A stretch of 64,000 bases of DNA from a virus (taxonomy: Duplodnaviria; Caudoviricetes). The notes beneath the pieces were generated by a model. That model worked only from the letters and a program-made list of their open reading frames with translations, had not been told where the DNA came from and searched no databases. This document shows positions 1 through 8,709 of the stretch, one piece after another. Location: IMG/VR virus record IMGVR_UViG_3300044616_000676, positions 33-64,032 of that record. The stretch is one strand, 5' to 3'. Every line of letters begins with the position of its first letter. The first letter of the stretch is position 1. Made by a program: the position numbers and the translations under genes.

Positions 1-204
1 TTTTGCTATGTCGCAGAAAGACTCCCCGACTACCTCAACGACCGCAACGCCTGCGCGGAGTTTGAGAAGACGCTGACGGACGCAGAACACGACGCATATC
101 GCGCACACATCTGGGAGATGACATTTATGCCTAGAGATTGTTTTTCCGCCACCGCCCGCCAACGCAGCATCGCATTCCTCAAAACGAAAGGAATCCTGCC
201 ATGA
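1..204 (+). CDS. 3' part of a small phage protein (FCYVAERLPDYLNDRNACAEFEK...ATARQRSIAFLKTKGILP*); the 5' part is probably at 63900-64000
   Basis: Frame 1 is open from base 1 to TGA 202-204, which overlaps the next ATG (ATGA). Confidence 0.7.
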   Translation, partial: FCYVAERLPDYLNDRNACAEFEKTLTDAEHDAYRAHIWEMTFMPRDCFSATARQRSIAFLKTKGILP

Positions 205-386
205 AAACTAAACAATGGATGGTAATTCATTCGTCCGGCAACCTTTACGCCGCTAGCAATGCCGGAACTCAAAAAGAGGCCAAGAAACGTCATTGTTCAG
301 ACACAGGCAATCCGTGGCCTGTTGCATACAAAAACGGGGATCGCCTCGTAAAGGTAGCAATCTCAATTATCAAAGAACAGCTATGA
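201..386 (+). CDS. hypothetical protein
   Basis: ATG at 201 is coupled to the upstream stop, and the stop overlaps the next ATG. Confidence 0.6.
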   Translation: MKTKQWMVIHSSGNLYAASNAGTQKEAKKRHCSDTGNPWPVAYKNGDRLVKVAISIIKEQL

Positions 387-733
387 CCCCCACCCAACTC
401 GACCACCTCAAACTCATTGACGCACATCTTGAACGTCTCATCGGCATCGCCTCAAAGCGGACGCCGGGGGAGTGGGAATTAACTTACGAGGGGGGCAACG
501 GTGGCGCGTCATTCCCCCGCATCATAGACCCCGGAGACTTCGCTGCGTCAGCCGCCGAAGTATCTATTGAGGACGCCTTCTTCATCGCTGCCTCCGCAGG
601 CAACGCCGAGGCCGGGTGGAGAGCGACACGGGCGACGATTGCTGCCATCGCGGAATACTCAATTCTCGATGAGAATCTGGATACCATGATGAACACTATC
701 CTCGCCGCCTTCCCCCTCGAAACCCTTAAATAA
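383..733 (+). CDS. Ead/Ea22-like phage protein
   Basis: RTPGEW...DAFFIAAS motif; ATGA coupling at 383. Confidence 0.55.
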   Translation: MTPTQLDHLKLIDAHLERLIGIASKRTPGEWELTYEGGNGGASFPRIIDPGDFAASAAEVSIEDAFFIAASAGNAEAGWRATRATIAAIAEYSILDENLDTMMNTILAAFPLETLK

Positions 734-739
734 ATCAAT

Positions 740-910
740 ATGACCATTGAAATCAACCGCACTCCTGGCATCCTTGCCGCTCTTGATTACCTAAACATGA
801 CCGTGCCGAAAACGCCTGTCATTGGCCGCATCAAACAATTTTCCAAAGCCCCTCTGCTTTGGACGCCGAAAACCTCGGTGGAATTGAGGAACACTAAAAC
901 ACAAGACTAA
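740..910 (+). CDS. small hypothetical protein (56 aa, MTIEINRTPG...)
   Basis: ORF exactly fills the gap before recT; it is below the ORF-track cutoff. Confidence 0.4.
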   Translation: MTIEINRTPGILAALDYLNMTVPKTPVIGRIKQFSKAPLLWTPKTSVELRNTKTQD

Positions 911-911
911 T

Positions 912-1661
912 ATGACAGAAAATACAGAAACAGCAGCACCGACACGTCAGCTTGCGAAGCAGCAAGCGACACTCAAAGACCTGATTAGCGGAGATAAGTT
1001 CCGCGAACAAGTTTCCCTCGCGCTTCCAGCGCATCTTACGCCTGAGCGTTTCAGCCGTATCGCTTTGAATGCCCTTCAGCGCACACCGCAGCTGCAAGAC
1101 TGCACGCAAGCCAGCTTGTTTAAATGCTTGCTTGATATGGCAGCTATGGGCATTGAGCCTGATGGTCGTCGGGCGCACTTGATTCCATACGGCAACGAAG
1201 TCACGCTGATCCTTGACTACAAAGGTCTGCTGGAACTCGTTCGTCGTTCGGGCGATGTGGTCAGCATTCGTTCCGAGCTTGTCTGCGAGAACGATGAGTT
1301 CTCATGGGAGAACGGTAAGGTCACGCACAAGATTGACTGGCGCAAACCCCGTGGCGAAATGCAAGCTGTGTATGCCGAGGCCGTTCTCAAGTCTGGCGAA
1401 ACGCAAACTGCAACCATGACCAAGGATGAAGTGGATGCCATTCGCAAACGCAGTCGCAGTGGTAACAATGGACCTTGGGCAACTGATTTTGGGGAAATGG
1501 CGAAGAAGACAACCCTCCGCCGTTTGTGCAAACTGCTTCCGCTCTCACCTGAGATTGCCGAGCACGTTGATAAGGATCAGGACATTCGCACGGAAATTGA
1601 CATCACGCCGAAGCCTGCCGCCTCCCTCAACCTTCCAAGCCAACAGGAGGTCGCACCATGA
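912..1661 (+). CDS. recT: RecT-family ssDNA annealing protein
   Basis: Motifs LPAHLTPERFSRIAL, AHLIPYG, DYKGLLELVRRSG, PWATDFGEMAKKT.LRRL.K.LPLS. Confidence 0.93.
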   Translation: MTENTETAAPTRQLAKQQATLKDLISGDKFREQVSLALPAHLTPERFSRIALNALQRTPQLQDCTQASLFKCLLDMAAMGIEPDGRRAHLIPYGNEVTLILDYKGLLELVRRSGDVVSIRSELVCENDEFSWENGKVTHKIDWRKPRGEMQAVYAEAVLKSGETQTATMTKDEVDAIRKRSRSGNNGPWATDFGEMAKKTTLRRLCKLLPLSPEIAEHVDKDQDIRTEIDITPKPAASLNLPSQQEVAP

Positions 1662-2452
1662 TTATCCACGACGAAGCCACCTACCGAGCGCATCCCGCTC
1701 TCAATTATTCTTCAGCTAAATCACTGCTGAAATCGCCCAAGCACTTTCAAGCCGCGCTCAATCGCAAGTTTGAGCCAAGCCGCGAAATGATTATTGGCAG
1801 CGCGGTCCACAGCATCGTTCTGGAGGGCAAGCAACCTTCCTACATCGTTCGTCCTGCTGATCTCGACCTTCGCACCAAGGATGGTAAAGCATGGCGGGAT
1901 AAGCACGCTGGCATGGAAATCGTTACGCAGGAAGATCACGACATTGTGCTTAAAGCTGCCGCTGCTGTGCAAGCTAGTCTTGACGCGCAGTATCTTCTCA
2001 AACTTTGTCCGCACCGAGAGATTGGTATTGTCTCCAATTACACCGGAGTGGAAATCAAAGGGCGTCTTGATGCTCATGGCAAAGACGAAGCTGGAAAGCC
2101 GATCATTCTGGACTTCAAGACAACGAGCGATGCTGATCCTGAAACGTGGGGCAAGAAAGCCTTTGGCCTTCGCTACCCCATGCAGACAGCATGGTATGAA
2201 TCTCTACTAGCTCTTGAACTTGGCCTTGAAGAACCACCTGCTTATTTCTGGCTTGTGGTTGAGACGCAAGACCCATTCGATGTTGTGATTTATCAGCCAC
2301 CCGAAGAAGCTCTGGAGATTGGCCGCGCTCAAATGAAGCATTGCATCGAAAGCTATAAAACGTGCCTTGCCACAGGTAAATGGCCGGGATACACAAAAGG
2401 AATCATTCAGCTTGAAGTTCCTGTATGGGAACGCAAACGCTGGATCAAGTAA
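1658..2452 (+). CDS. RecE/exonuclease VIII-like PD-(D/E)XK nuclease (DUF3799-like)
   Basis: LNYSSAK.LLKSP, G.AVH..VLE, KGRLD, ILDFKTT, Y.MQ.AWY, WPGY motifs; next to recT. Confidence 0.88.
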   Translation: MIIHDEATYRAHPALNYSSAKSLLKSPKHFQAALNRKFEPSREMIIGSAVHSIVLEGKQPSYIVRPADLDLRTKDGKAWRDKHAGMEIVTQEDHDIVLKAAAAVQASLDAQYLLKLCPHREIGIVSNYTGVEIKGRLDAHGKDEAGKPIILDFKTTSDADPETWGKKAFGLRYPMQTAWYESLLALELGLEEPPAYFWLVVETQDPFDVVIYQPPEEALEIGRAQMKHCIESYKTCLATGKWPGYTKGIIQLEVPVWERKRWIK

Positions 2453-2477
2453 GACAAACACCAAAGACAAACAAAAT

Positions 2478-3536
2478 ATGAATGAAAATATCACATTAGT
2501 TATTCCCAACGGGGATATGTTGCCTCAATCCATGCTGTCTAATATCCGCGAAGGATTCCAGTCAGCATTTGAGCAAGCTGAAACATGGAGAGAAAAAGCT
2601 CTTGCTATCAAAGTCACTTCATTGGCAGACAAAGAAGCTATGAAACAAGCTCGCGAAATGCGTCTAGTTTTGAAAAACATTCGTGTCGAAGCCGAGAAAA
2701 AACGCAAAGCTCTAAAAGAAGATGCTCTTGTAATGGGGCGAGCCATTGATGGTGTAAACAACCTGCTTCTTGCGGCCATCCAGCCACTTGAGAGGCACCT
2801 TGAAGAACAAGAGAGGTTCGCTGAACGCTTGGCTGAACAAGAGCGCCAACGCCGCTTGAGTGAGCGCACCGAAGCACTTCAACCATATCTTGAAGCAAAT
2901 CAGGTGATTCCAGCCTTGGATGCGATGACAGACGACCAGTTTGCCAAGTATCTTGAAGATGCGAAATTGCTGCACGCCGCTAAGCTCGAAGCAGCCAAAA
3001 AAGCCGAGGCAGAACGCATCGCTCGCGAGCAAGCTGAAGCCGCTGAACGTGAACGTCTCCGCATTGAGAACGAACGCCTCAGAGCGGAGGCTGCTGAACG
3101 AGAAGCCAAAGCAAAAGCAGAGCGCGAAGCCGCTGAAAAGGCTCAACGTGAAGCCGCTGAAAAAGCTCGCAAAGAACGTGAAGCTATTGAAGCCAAAGCA
3201 AAAGCAGAGCGCGAAGCCGCTGAACTTGAGCTTAATCGCATCAAGGCGGAACAAGAGGCCGCAGCCAAGAAGGAACGTGAAGCACGCGAAAAGTTGGAGC
3301 GCGAGTTGGCAGCAAAAAAAGCAGCCGAAGAAGCCAAGGCTAAAGCAGAGGCCGAGGTAATTAAAAAGGCTGCACAAGCTCCTGATAAAGAAAAGCTGCT
3401 ACTCATTGCTGAATCGGTTCGGTCCATCAAGATGCCATCTGTTTCGACAGATGAAGCAAAATTGATTCTTGCTGACATCTCAACCAAACGGGATAACTTC
3501 GCAAAGTGGATCGAAAATCAAATCGCCACAATTTAA
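2478..3536 (+). CDS. coiled-coil protein (E/A/K/R-rich)
   Basis: Long heptad-like EAKAKAEREAA repeats; typical of phage recombination modules. Confidence 0.8.
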   Translation: MNENITLVIPNGDMLPQSMLSNIREGFQSAFEQAETWREKALAIKVTSLADKEAMKQAREMRLVLKNIRVEAEKKRKALKEDALVMGRAIDGVNNLLLAAIQPLERHLEEQERFAERLAEQERQRRLSERTEALQPYLEANQVIPALDAMTDDQFAKYLEDAKLLHAAKLEAAKKAEAERIAREQAEAAERERLRIENERLRAEAAEREAKAKAEREAAEKAQREAAEKARKEREAIEAKAKAEREAAELELNRIKAEQEAAAKKEREAREKLERELAAKKAAEEAKAKAEAEVIKKAAQAPDKEKLLLIAESVRSIKMPSVSTDEAKLILADISTKRDNFAKWIENQIATI

Positions 3537-3554
3537 CACCAAAGACAAAGACAC

Positions 3555-3947
3555 ATGCCTAACAACACCATCAACGTATCCTTCGACCTGCTTAAACTGC
3601 AAGGCGCGAAGAAAATCACAGCTAAAGACGGGAAGCCCTACATCGCTATCTGCATTCCAGAAAGCCGCATCAAGGTTTTCAACCGCAAGGACGGCAGCGA
3701 AAGCCTATTCTTGGAACTCGACATCAAATCAAATCGTGATGGCGAGGACAAGTTCGGCAAGACCCACTTTGTTGCCGAAGCCACCACCAAGGAGGAACGC
3801 GCCGAGAAAGTGAAATTGCCCATAATCGGCAACGGAAAGGAGTTCATCTTCAATTCAGGTGGAGGTGGTTCCAAGCCTGCTCCACGTCCAGCGAAGCAGG
3901 ATTCGTTTGTGGATGACAGTGGAGACGACACAAGCATACCTTTTTAG
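3555..3947 (+). CDS. putative single-stranded DNA-binding protein
   Basis: Beta-rich core, Gly/Pro linker and acidic C-terminal tail ending DDSGDDTSIPF; recombination context. Confidence 0.7.
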   Translation: MPNNTINVSFDLLKLQGAKKITAKDGKPYIAICIPESRIKVFNRKDGSESLFLELDIKSNRDGEDKFGKTHFVAEATTKEERAEKVKLPIIGNGKEFIFNSGGGGSKPAPRPAKQDSFVDDSGDDTSIPF

Positions 3948-3981
3948 TTGAGTCCCATTCTAGAGTGTGCCATGTTAAAAA

Positions 3982-4506
3982 ATGGAAAAAACCTGTTTTA
4001 AATGTGGCGCACTCAAATCATTAAGTGAATTTTATGTTCACAAACAAATGGCGGATGGACATCTTAACAAGTGCATTGTTTGCACAAAAAAAGATGAAAA
4101 AGAAAGATTCTACAAAAAACTAAAAGATCCAAAATGGAGGGAAAAAGAACTTGAAAGGCATAGAATAAAAGCAGCTCGCTTTAGAAAAGAGGGTCGTTTG
4201 GCCAGTAAAAATGCTTCAGTTAAAGGCAAAAAGAAATGGGCAAAAGCAAACAAGCACAAAAGATTTGCACAATCATGCGTAGCAAAAGCAATTAATTCTG
4301 GGATTATTCGTCGGGAACCATGTGAAATATGTGGATCAAAACAACAAATTCACGCACATCATGACGATTACTCAAAACCTCTTGATGTTATTTGGCTTTG
4401 CCCCAAACACCACGGCGAACGACATGTTGAAATCAATAAAGCAAAGCGTTTAAGCAACCTTAACACCCCGTTGGCCGAGGGGAATATCGGCCAATTTATA
4501 ATATGA
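3982..4506 (+). CDS. HNH-type endonuclease with N-terminal Zn-finger
   Basis: KTCFKC...GHLNKC..C and CEICG...HAHHDDYSKPLDVIWLCPKHH; AT-rich. Confidence 0.8.
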   Translation: MEKTCFKCGALKSLSEFYVHKQMADGHLNKCIVCTKKDEKERFYKKLKDPKWREKELERHRIKAARFRKEGRLASKNASVKGKKKWAKANKHKRFAQSCVAKAINSGIIRREPCEICGSKQQIHAHHDDYSKPLDVIWLCPKHHGERHVEINKAKRLSNLNTPLAEGNIGQFII

Positions 4507-4958
4507 AGTTACATATTGGTTTAGACCCCGGCGCATCAGGCGGCATCGCCGTCATCCCCGACAATAATCCCGCGAAAGCGTGGGCCGTAAAAATGCCTGA
4601 GACTCTGGCGGATTTGTGGGATGAACTGAGCAAGCATGAGCCTAGATGGGCTGGTGTTGAGGGCTTCGTTGTCCACGCATATCTTGAGCGTGTCCACTCC
4701 ATGCCGGGACAAGGAGTTGCTTCATCATTCAAGTTCGGCCAAGGCTTCGGCCACCTTGAGATGGCACTCACCGCTGCACGCATTCCTTACACTTACGTCA
4801 CACCTCAAAAGTGGCAGAAGGAACTTCAATGCTTGACTAAAGGCGACAAGAACGTGAGCAAAGCGCGAGCACAGCAGTTGTTCCCGCATATCAAGGTGAC
4901 TCACGCGATTGCAGATGCCCTGCTCATCGCTGAATACTGCCGGAGGACCATGAAGTGA
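4503..4958 (+). CDS. RuvC-like Holliday junction resolvase
   Basis: IGLDPGASGGIA, LERVHSMPGQGV.SSFKFG, PQKWQK, ADALLIA. Confidence 0.88.
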   Translation: MKLHIGLDPGASGGIAVIPDNNPAKAWAVKMPETLADLWDELSKHEPRWAGVEGFVVHAYLERVHSMPGQGVASSFKFGQGFGHLEMALTAARIPYTYVTPQKWQKELQCLTKGDKNVSKARAQQLFPHIKVTHAIADALLIAEYCRRTMK

Positions 4959-5203
4959 TGCCCAACGCCAAACAGCCATCCCCCGCACGCAGGCTCCACG
5001 AACAGATGGCACGCTTGCTCAACGGGACAAAAGCTCATCACGACGAAGTTACCGAAATCCTCATTGCGTTTCTAGCGATTCAAGTTGCAAGTTACAATCC
5101 GCTTGAGCGCATAGACGTTTGGGACGCAGTTATTGATACTCTCGACGACATGATTGAGGAAATCAGCGAAATGAAGGACGAAGAAATCACAATACAAAAC
5201 TGA
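4958..5203 (+). CDS. hypothetical protein
   Basis: Coupled ORF within the operon. Confidence 0.6.
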   Translation: MPNAKQPSPARRLHEQMARLLNGTKAHHDEVTEILIAFLAIQVASYNPLERIDVWDAVIDTLDDMIEEISEMKDEEITIQN

Positions 5204-5204
5204 T

Positions 5205-5468
5205 ATGACATCCGAATCCAAACTTGAAGCAGTCTGCAAAGAACTTGACGAGGCAAATGCAGAACTTAACATAAAATATATTGAGTATGACAGGTTGTTC
5301 GATGAGGCAGAGAAAATTAGGCAAGAACGCGACGAGGCTCAAACCAAACTCAAAGAGGCCACGGAGCTGATGAAAGATGCCATGTGGCAGCTTATGACTT
5401 TCCTGAAACCCGCAGACACAAAAACTAAAAACATTATCCATGCACTTTGTCACGCGACCGACAAGTAG
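5205..5468 (+). CDS. hypothetical coiled-coil protein
   Basis: Coupled ORF with an ERDEA motif. Confidence 0.6.
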   Translation: MTSESKLEAVCKELDEANAELNIKYIEYDRLFDEAEKIRQERDEAQTKLKEATELMKDAMWQLMTFLKPADTKTKNIIHALCHATDK

Positions 5469-5568
5469 TGAAAGCGAGTCAGTATGCTGAAGCCAACCAA
5501 AGCCCATTTGCGAGCCAAGTGACTAGAGACACCCAACATCTTGTAGCGAGTCAACTATGAGCGACTAT

Positions 5569-5706
5569 TTGACATCAACTTCTGCGTGAATATATGCAGA
5601 GTGCCGTGTGGAAACGGCAGATCGAAGACAATGAAACTAAAACTATATCCTCCCCACCTTGCAGGGCCGCCGTCTTCCGGTTTCCACCCCTGTTTGAGTG
5701 GGGAGG
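5569..5706 (+). promoter_or_regulatory. promoter-like -35 plus structured leader with alternative pairings (C4/CI antisense-like architecture)
   Basis: TTGACA at 5569; hairpin TGCCGT-GTGGAA-ACGGCA; long hairpin 5649-5706 whose loop GTCTTCCGGTTTCCAC is complementary to upstream GTGGAAAC...GAAGAC. Confidence 0.55.
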
Positions 5707-5719
5707 GCCGTTTTAGACT

Positions 5720-6082
5720 ATGAACAACTGGTATGCCAATTTACTTTTAGACCATCGTTGGTTGAAAAAACGTCGAGAACAATTAGCCGTTGACCATTAT
5801 CAATGCGTTTCTTGTCGGAAAAAGCTCAATGAAGCTACGCTGGTGGTTCATCATATAGGTTATGTAACTGGTTGGATGCCTTGGGATTATCCATCTGATT
5901 TACTGCAAACCCTTTGTCTTGAATGCCACAATAAACAGCACGGTGACAAGAAACCCATTTATGCTGTTTGCCATTTATGTGGTATCTTAACGCCAGAAGA
6001 ACAGATCAATGGGCGAGACGAGAAGCATGAGTGGATTTGCGAGCCTTGCATTTTGAAATCCATTAAGGAGGAAAACGAATGA
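5720..6082 (+). CDS. HNH-like Zn-binding protein
   Basis: RW.KKR...C..C...L.VHH..Y...PWDY...L.TLC..CH; extra C-terminal CxxC pairs. Confidence 0.75.
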   Translation: MNNWYANLLLDHRWLKKRREQLAVDHYQCVSCRKKLNEATLVVHHIGYVTGWMPWDYPSDLLQTLCLECHNKQHGDKKPIYAVCHLCGILTPEEQINGRDEKHEWICEPCILKSIKEENE

Positions 6083-6915
6083 AAAGATTTACTGAAAGTA
6101 GCAAATGGTCAGACCCTTGGTTCCGCCGATTATCAGGAGCAGCTAAGATGCTCTGGTTCTACGTTTTAGATCATTGCGACAATGTAGGGATTGTTGAGAT
6201 TGATTTACAATTAGCATCACAAGATTGCGGCATAAAATGTAACGCTGAAACAGTTGCCGAATTAGGTGATCGTATTCAACACATCGGCGGGAATAAATAT
6301 CTTATTGGCAAGTTTATCAGCTTCCAATATGGCAAGCTGAGTCCTTCATGCCGACCCCATGAAAAGATTCTGGATGCCATTGAATCCAATGGATTGACTC
6401 AGGTTGGCAAGGTTTATGTTTATCCAGTTTCGCAAAAAGATAGGGTATCAATACCCTATCAAGATTTTACAGATAGGGTATCAGATACCCCTAAAGAAAA
6501 AGAAAAGGAAAAGGATAAAGAAAAGGAACAAGACAAGAATAAGGATACCCTTTGCACAAATCGTGCTAAAGCTACTCGGCAAGAACTTGACCAATTTTGT
6601 CGGCATAATGGACTTTATCCAAGGGATGCAGAATACCTTTGGTCGCGTTGGGAAGGCAATGGTTGGATGAACGGCAAATCCAAAATAAAAGATTGGCGTT
6701 TGACCATCAAGGCTTGGGTCGCACAAGGATATTTGCCGAGTCAGAAGCAACGCCTTCCGATTGATTTTTGGCCCTCAACGGAAACTTCTCAAGAGCAGTC
6801 CGAAGAATCAATTACCCTTGATAAGTTTTTGAAATCCATTCAGGAGCGTTCTGCCATTCCTCAAGAAAGCGAACCCGATACTCAACTTGAATCTGATTCC
6901 GACGAACTGTTCTGA
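6079..6915 (+). CDS. phage replication initiator protein
   Basis: N-terminal KRFT...W.DPWF..L...K domain, KEKEKEKDKEKE linker, C-terminal GW...KIKDW domain; directly upstream of the helicase; contains iterons. Confidence 0.78.
   Translation: MKRFTESSKWSDPWFRRLSGAAKMLWFYVLDHCDNVGIVEIDLQLASQDCGIKCNAETVAELGDRIQHIGGNKYLIGKFISFQYGKLSPSCRPHEKILDAIESNGLTQVGKVYVYPVSQKDRVSIPYQDFTDRVSDTPKEKEKEKDKEKEQDKNKDTLCTNRAKATRQELDQFCRHNGLYPRDAEYLWSRWEGNGWMNGKSKIKDWRLTIKAWVAQGYLPSQKQRLPIDFWPSTETSQEQSEESITLDKFLKSIQERSAIPQESEPDTQLESDSDELF
6439..6551. repeat. putative replication origin: iteron palindromes followed by an A-rich tract
   Basis: GATAGGGTAT-CA-ATACCCTATC (6439-6460), GATAGGGTATCAGATACCCC (from 6472), GATACCCT (6544-6551), purine-rich tract ~6493-6543; lambda-O-like intragenic position. 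Confidence 0.65.
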
Positions 6916-8669
6916 TGCAAACTTTATCCGACATCTCGGCTCGTTTGGCTGGTCAAGCTCTCAAGGTGGCTCAAATGCTTCTTCCCGCTGGAAAGTTGGA
7001 AAGTGGCAGAGATTGGGTGTGCGGCGATGTAACTGGCAAACCGGGAGATAGCCTCAAAGTTACCATCACAGGGGCTTATGCAGGGCAATGGCGCGATTGG
7101 TCAACCGACTCCGATAAAGGAGATTTGATTGATCTTTGGCGTTTGTCCAAAAACATCACAGCAGGGGAAGCTGTTCGCCAAGTTAAGGAGTTTCTTGGCA
7201 TTGTTGATCCTGTCAAAATGGAGCGGAAAACTTACCGCCGACCTCCAGAAATCAAAAGTAGCAATCTTCATCCAGAAGGTCAGGCCATGAACTTTCTCAA
7301 AAATGAGAGAAAACTGACCGAAAACGCCATTTCTGCGTATTTGGTGCTAGGATGCCCTGAGAAGCGTTGCATAGTGTTTCCAAGCTACTCACCTTCAAAG
7401 GAGCTTCTAAACCGTTCTTACCGCACTCTAGGGGCAAATAAACGGGTTTGGCAAGATGCTGAGTGCGCTCCATCTCTTTTTGGGTGGCAAGCCATTCCAG
7501 AACAGTCTTATCGAGACAGAAAGATCATCATTTCGGAAGGGCAGATTGACGCAATGACTTGGTATCAATGGGGATTCCCAGCGTTAAGCATCCCAAACGG
7601 TGCTGGAATGTCATGGATTGAGCACGAATGGGAGAACCTAGAGGCTTTTGATACAATTTACATCGCTTTTGACGCCGATGGTCCCGGTGCAAAATTCACT
7701 GAAACCGTGGTAAATCGCCTTGGTAAGCATCGTTGTCTGATTATTACGACACCGAAAAAAGACGCAAATGATTGCCTTAAAGCAGGTTATACGAAGGATG
7801 ATGCCGCTGAATGGGTAAAGAACGCCAAGACTCCAAGTCTGAAAAAATTAATCTTAGCCAAAGATTTACAGTCACGGATTGAACAAGAGATGCTTCCTAA
7901 ACCGGAGCCGTTCACGTTGCCTTTCCTAAAGGTGACAACGTGGGAAACAAATCAGGAAGGATTTTGGTATCGTCCCGGTGAGGTTACAATTGTCGCCGGA
8001 TACAGCAGCGCAGGGAAAACAACCTTTTTGAATTTCCTTATGTGCAATTTGTTGGCCGATATGAACAAGATGTTTGTTGCCAGCCTTGAAATGCCATGTG
8101 CTCAGTTGCTTCTCAACCTCATCAAAATGTTCGATGGGAACTGTTCACCACAAACAGTTGAACATTTTTTGAAGCACGCTGGCGATAATATCGCTTATGT
8201 GGATCACATTGGTTCGATGGGGGAGAAAGACTTGCTTGAAATGATGTGGTTCGCCCATCGTCGTTATGGTTGTGAGCATTTTATTATTGATTCACTTATG
8301 CGGATTGAATCGCTTGAAGAAGATTATCCAGCGCAAGGTAAGTTCGTTCAGGTTTTACAAGATTTTGCAAAACAAACTGGATGCCATGTTCACTTAGTTG
8401 CTCATCTTGGTAAGCCTCCACAAGTCACGCCAAAAGGATTTAGGCCATCTATGTATGCTGTTAAGGGTAGCAGTTTACTTGTAAATGGGGCTGACAACAT
8501 CCTTTTACTCCAAAGAAACATGGAGAAAACTAAAGGGGAATACACCGATGAACAGAAAGCATCCATGCACGATGTTGAGATAATTGTAGAAAAGCAACGT
8601 GCTACTGGATGGACAAACGCTATCAAGTTGAAGTATCACCCAGCCAAACGCACGTTTAGCAAAATGTAA
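6915..8669 (+). CDS. primase-helicase (T7 gp4/Twinkle-like, TOPRIM + SF4 helicase)
   Basis: EGQIDAM, FDADGPG, KDAND (TOPRIM); Walker A GYSSAGKTT; IIDSL; LVAH; KGS; KQR.TG. Confidence 0.92.
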   Translation: MQTLSDISARLAGQALKVAQMLLPAGKLESGRDWVCGDVTGKPGDSLKVTITGAYAGQWRDWSTDSDKGDLIDLWRLSKNITAGEAVRQVKEFLGIVDPVKMERKTYRRPPEIKSSNLHPEGQAMNFLKNERKLTENAISAYLVLGCPEKRCIVFPSYSPSKELLNRSYRTLGANKRVWQDAECAPSLFGWQAIPEQSYRDRKIIISEGQIDAMTWYQWGFPALSIPNGAGMSWIEHEWENLEAFDTIYIAFDADGPGAKFTETVVNRLGKHRCLIITTPKKDANDCLKAGYTKDDAAEWVKNAKTPSLKKLILAKDLQSRIEQEMLPKPEPFTLPFLKVTTWETNQEGFWYRPGEVTIVAGYSSAGKTTFLNFLMCNLLADMNKMFVASLEMPCAQLLLNLIKMFDGNCSPQTVEHFLKHAGDNIAYVDHIGSMGEKDLLEMMWFAHRRYGCEHFIIDSLMRIESLEEDYPAQGKFVQVLQDFAKQTGCHVHLVAHLGKPPQVTPKGFRPSMYAVKGSSLLVNGADNILLLQRNMEKTKGEYTDEQKASMHDVEIIVEKQRATGWTNAIKLKYHPAKRTFSKM

Positions 8670-8709
8670 CCTCTTGCAAAACTCACCTTGACGCATAACC
8701 TTCTGTCAA

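Noticed and set aside
2990-3360. Internal DNA repeats (GAAGCCAAAGCAAAAGCAGAGCGCGAAGCCGCTGAA twice)
   Set aside because: Ordinary coiled-coil coding duplication.
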